A model generated the notes under the pieces. That model had not been told where the DNA came from and did not search any database. It saw only the letters and a program-made list of their open reading frames with translations. DNA of 64,000 nucleotides from Candidatus Cloacimonadales bacterium (GTDB lineage: Bacteria > Cloacimonadota > Cloacimonadia > Cloacimonadales > JAFGVF01): positions 192,001 through 256,000 of the forward strand of contig CAXXJV010000001.1 in NCBI GenBank assembly GCA_963663475.2. Direction: 5' to 3'. Below, piece by piece: positions 62,780-64,000 of this stretch. Each line of letters starts with the position of its first letter. Position 1 is the stretch's first letter. Both the position numbers and the translations under genes were made by a program.

Positions 62780-63985
62780 ATGAAATTAGATAATTCAAAA
62801 CAATTGTTTGTTTCAGGTGATGAAGCAGTTGCTTTAGGTGTTAGATTAGCTCGACCCCATGTTATTTCTGCCTATCCAATTACTCCGCAAACTATAGTAG
62901 TTGAAAGACTTTCAGAAATGGTGGAAGATCAAAGTTTAGATGCTGACTTCATGCACGTGGAATCAGAGCATTCTGCTCTTTCTGCTGCTATGGGGGTTTC
63001 TGCTGTTGGTGCTCGTGCCTTCACGGCAACCTCTTCTCAAGGACTGCTCTACATGGCAGAAGTTCTTTCCTACTGTAGTGGTGGTCGCTATCCAGTAGTA
63101 ATGATGAATGCTAATCGTGCCTTAGCCCTTCCTTGGAGTATTTTTGGAGATCAATCAGATTCCCTACTCCTCCTAGGTTCTGGCTGGATTCAATGCTATG
63201 TGGAAGATGCCCAAGAAGCATTAGACATGATGATTCAAGCTTATAAAATTGCTGAACATCCAAGAGTATTAACTCCTTTTATGGTTAATTTAGATGGTTT
63301 TATCCTTACTCATACTTACGAGCTTGTGGATGTTCCTCACCAATCAGAAGTTGATGAATTCCTACCACCTTTCTCAACTCCTAACAAGATGTCTATAGAA
63401 AATCCAATGAATCTAGGTTTCTCTTCAACTCCTGCTGATAATCTAGAATTTAAGTACCAACAACATAAAGCTATGTTAGATGCCCTTCCAATTATAGAAG
63501 ATGTGGATACAGAGTTTGGCGATAGATTTGGAAGATATTATGGCGGTTTATTAGAAACTTATCAAACTGATGATGCCGACCATATCATGATTACTGTTGG
63601 TACTATTACTGGAACAACTAGAGTAGTAGTAGATAGATTAAGAGACCAAGGTAAGAAAGTTGGATTAATCAAGCTTAGATACCTTAGACCAATGCCTGAA
63701 GAAGCACTTGTTGAGGCTATTGGAGATGCAAAAAGTGTTGGGGTTATTGATAAAGATATTTCTTTTGGACACGAAGGAACTATCTTTACTAATGTTAATT
63801 CTGCCTTATCTAAATCTTCCTTATGTCCTAAAAAACATAACTTTATCTGTGGTATGGGCGGAAGAAATATTTCCAAGAATGATATTATTGAAATGTTTAA
63901 TTTACTAGAAGATTCATGTCAGGGTAAAGATGTTCCTCTAGTTAAATTTATTAACTTAAACACTTGTGTGTCAGAAAAGGAGTAA
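62780..63985 (+). CDS. porA: Pyruvate/2-oxoacid:ferredoxin oxidoreductase alpha subunit
   Basis: AYPITPQT, ESEHSA, TATSSQGL, NRAL, DGFILTH. Confidence 0.95.
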   Translation: MKLDNSKQLFVSGDEAVALGVRLARPHVISAYPITPQTIVVERLSEMVEDQSLDADFMHVESEHSALSAAMGVSAVGARAFTATSSQGLLYMAEVLSYCSGGRYPVVMMNANRALALPWSIFGDQSDSLLLLGSGWIQCYVEDAQEALDMMIQAYKIAEHPRVLTPFMVNLDGFILTHTYELVDVPHQSEVDEFLPPFSTPNKMSIENPMNLGFSSTPADNLEFKYQQHKAMLDALPIIEDVDTEFGDRFGRYYGGLLETYQTDDADHIMITVGTITGTTRVVVDRLRDQGKKVGLIKLRYLRPMPEEALVEAIGDAKSVGVIDKDISFGHEGTIFTNVNSALSKSSLCPKKHNFICGMGGRNISKNDIIEMFNLLEDSCQGKDVPLVKFINLNTCVSEKE

Positions 63986-63988
63986 AGA

Positions 63989-64000
63989 ATGCAAAATTTA
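63989..64000 (+). CDS. Probable start of the beta subunit (truncated by window edge)
   Basis: AAGGAG then ATG at 63989; identity inferred only from the usual gamma-delta-alpha-beta order. Confidence 0.45.

Overview
AT-rich bacterial chromosomal window, probably Candidatus Cloacimonadota (inferred from several acidic secreted proteins ending in LPV.L.SF / YN..GQ / A.GIYF FlgD-Ig/T9SS-type C-terminal domains; not verified by 16S search). Contents: five large secreted proteins (one running off the left edge, a 2773-aa modular endonuclease I, a C25 gingipain-like protease), housekeeping genes (fkpA-like, asnB-like, flippase, xseA, guaA, elbB-like, SLC13 permease, nitronate monooxygenase-like, Lrp, por gamma-delta-alpha), and a minus-strand 16S-23S-5S operon with a ~250-nt intervening sequence in the 23S. 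The intergenic space holds many repeats and mobile elements. A REP-associated tyrosine transposase (RAYT) is flanked by inverted REP clusters and 53-bp tandem REP arrays. A group II intron, whose ORF carries an in-frame TGA, is inserted at the foot of one REP hairpin. Two diverged IS21 elements and one IS3, each with a clear target duplication, sit in modular repeat clusters. Also present: a MITE-like family, a 30-31 bp perfect palindrome in two covarying copies, and a GTGGTG/CACCAC motif in leaders of secreted-protein genes. No CRISPR-Cas and no tRNA genes were seen. All assignments come from motif recognition by eye.
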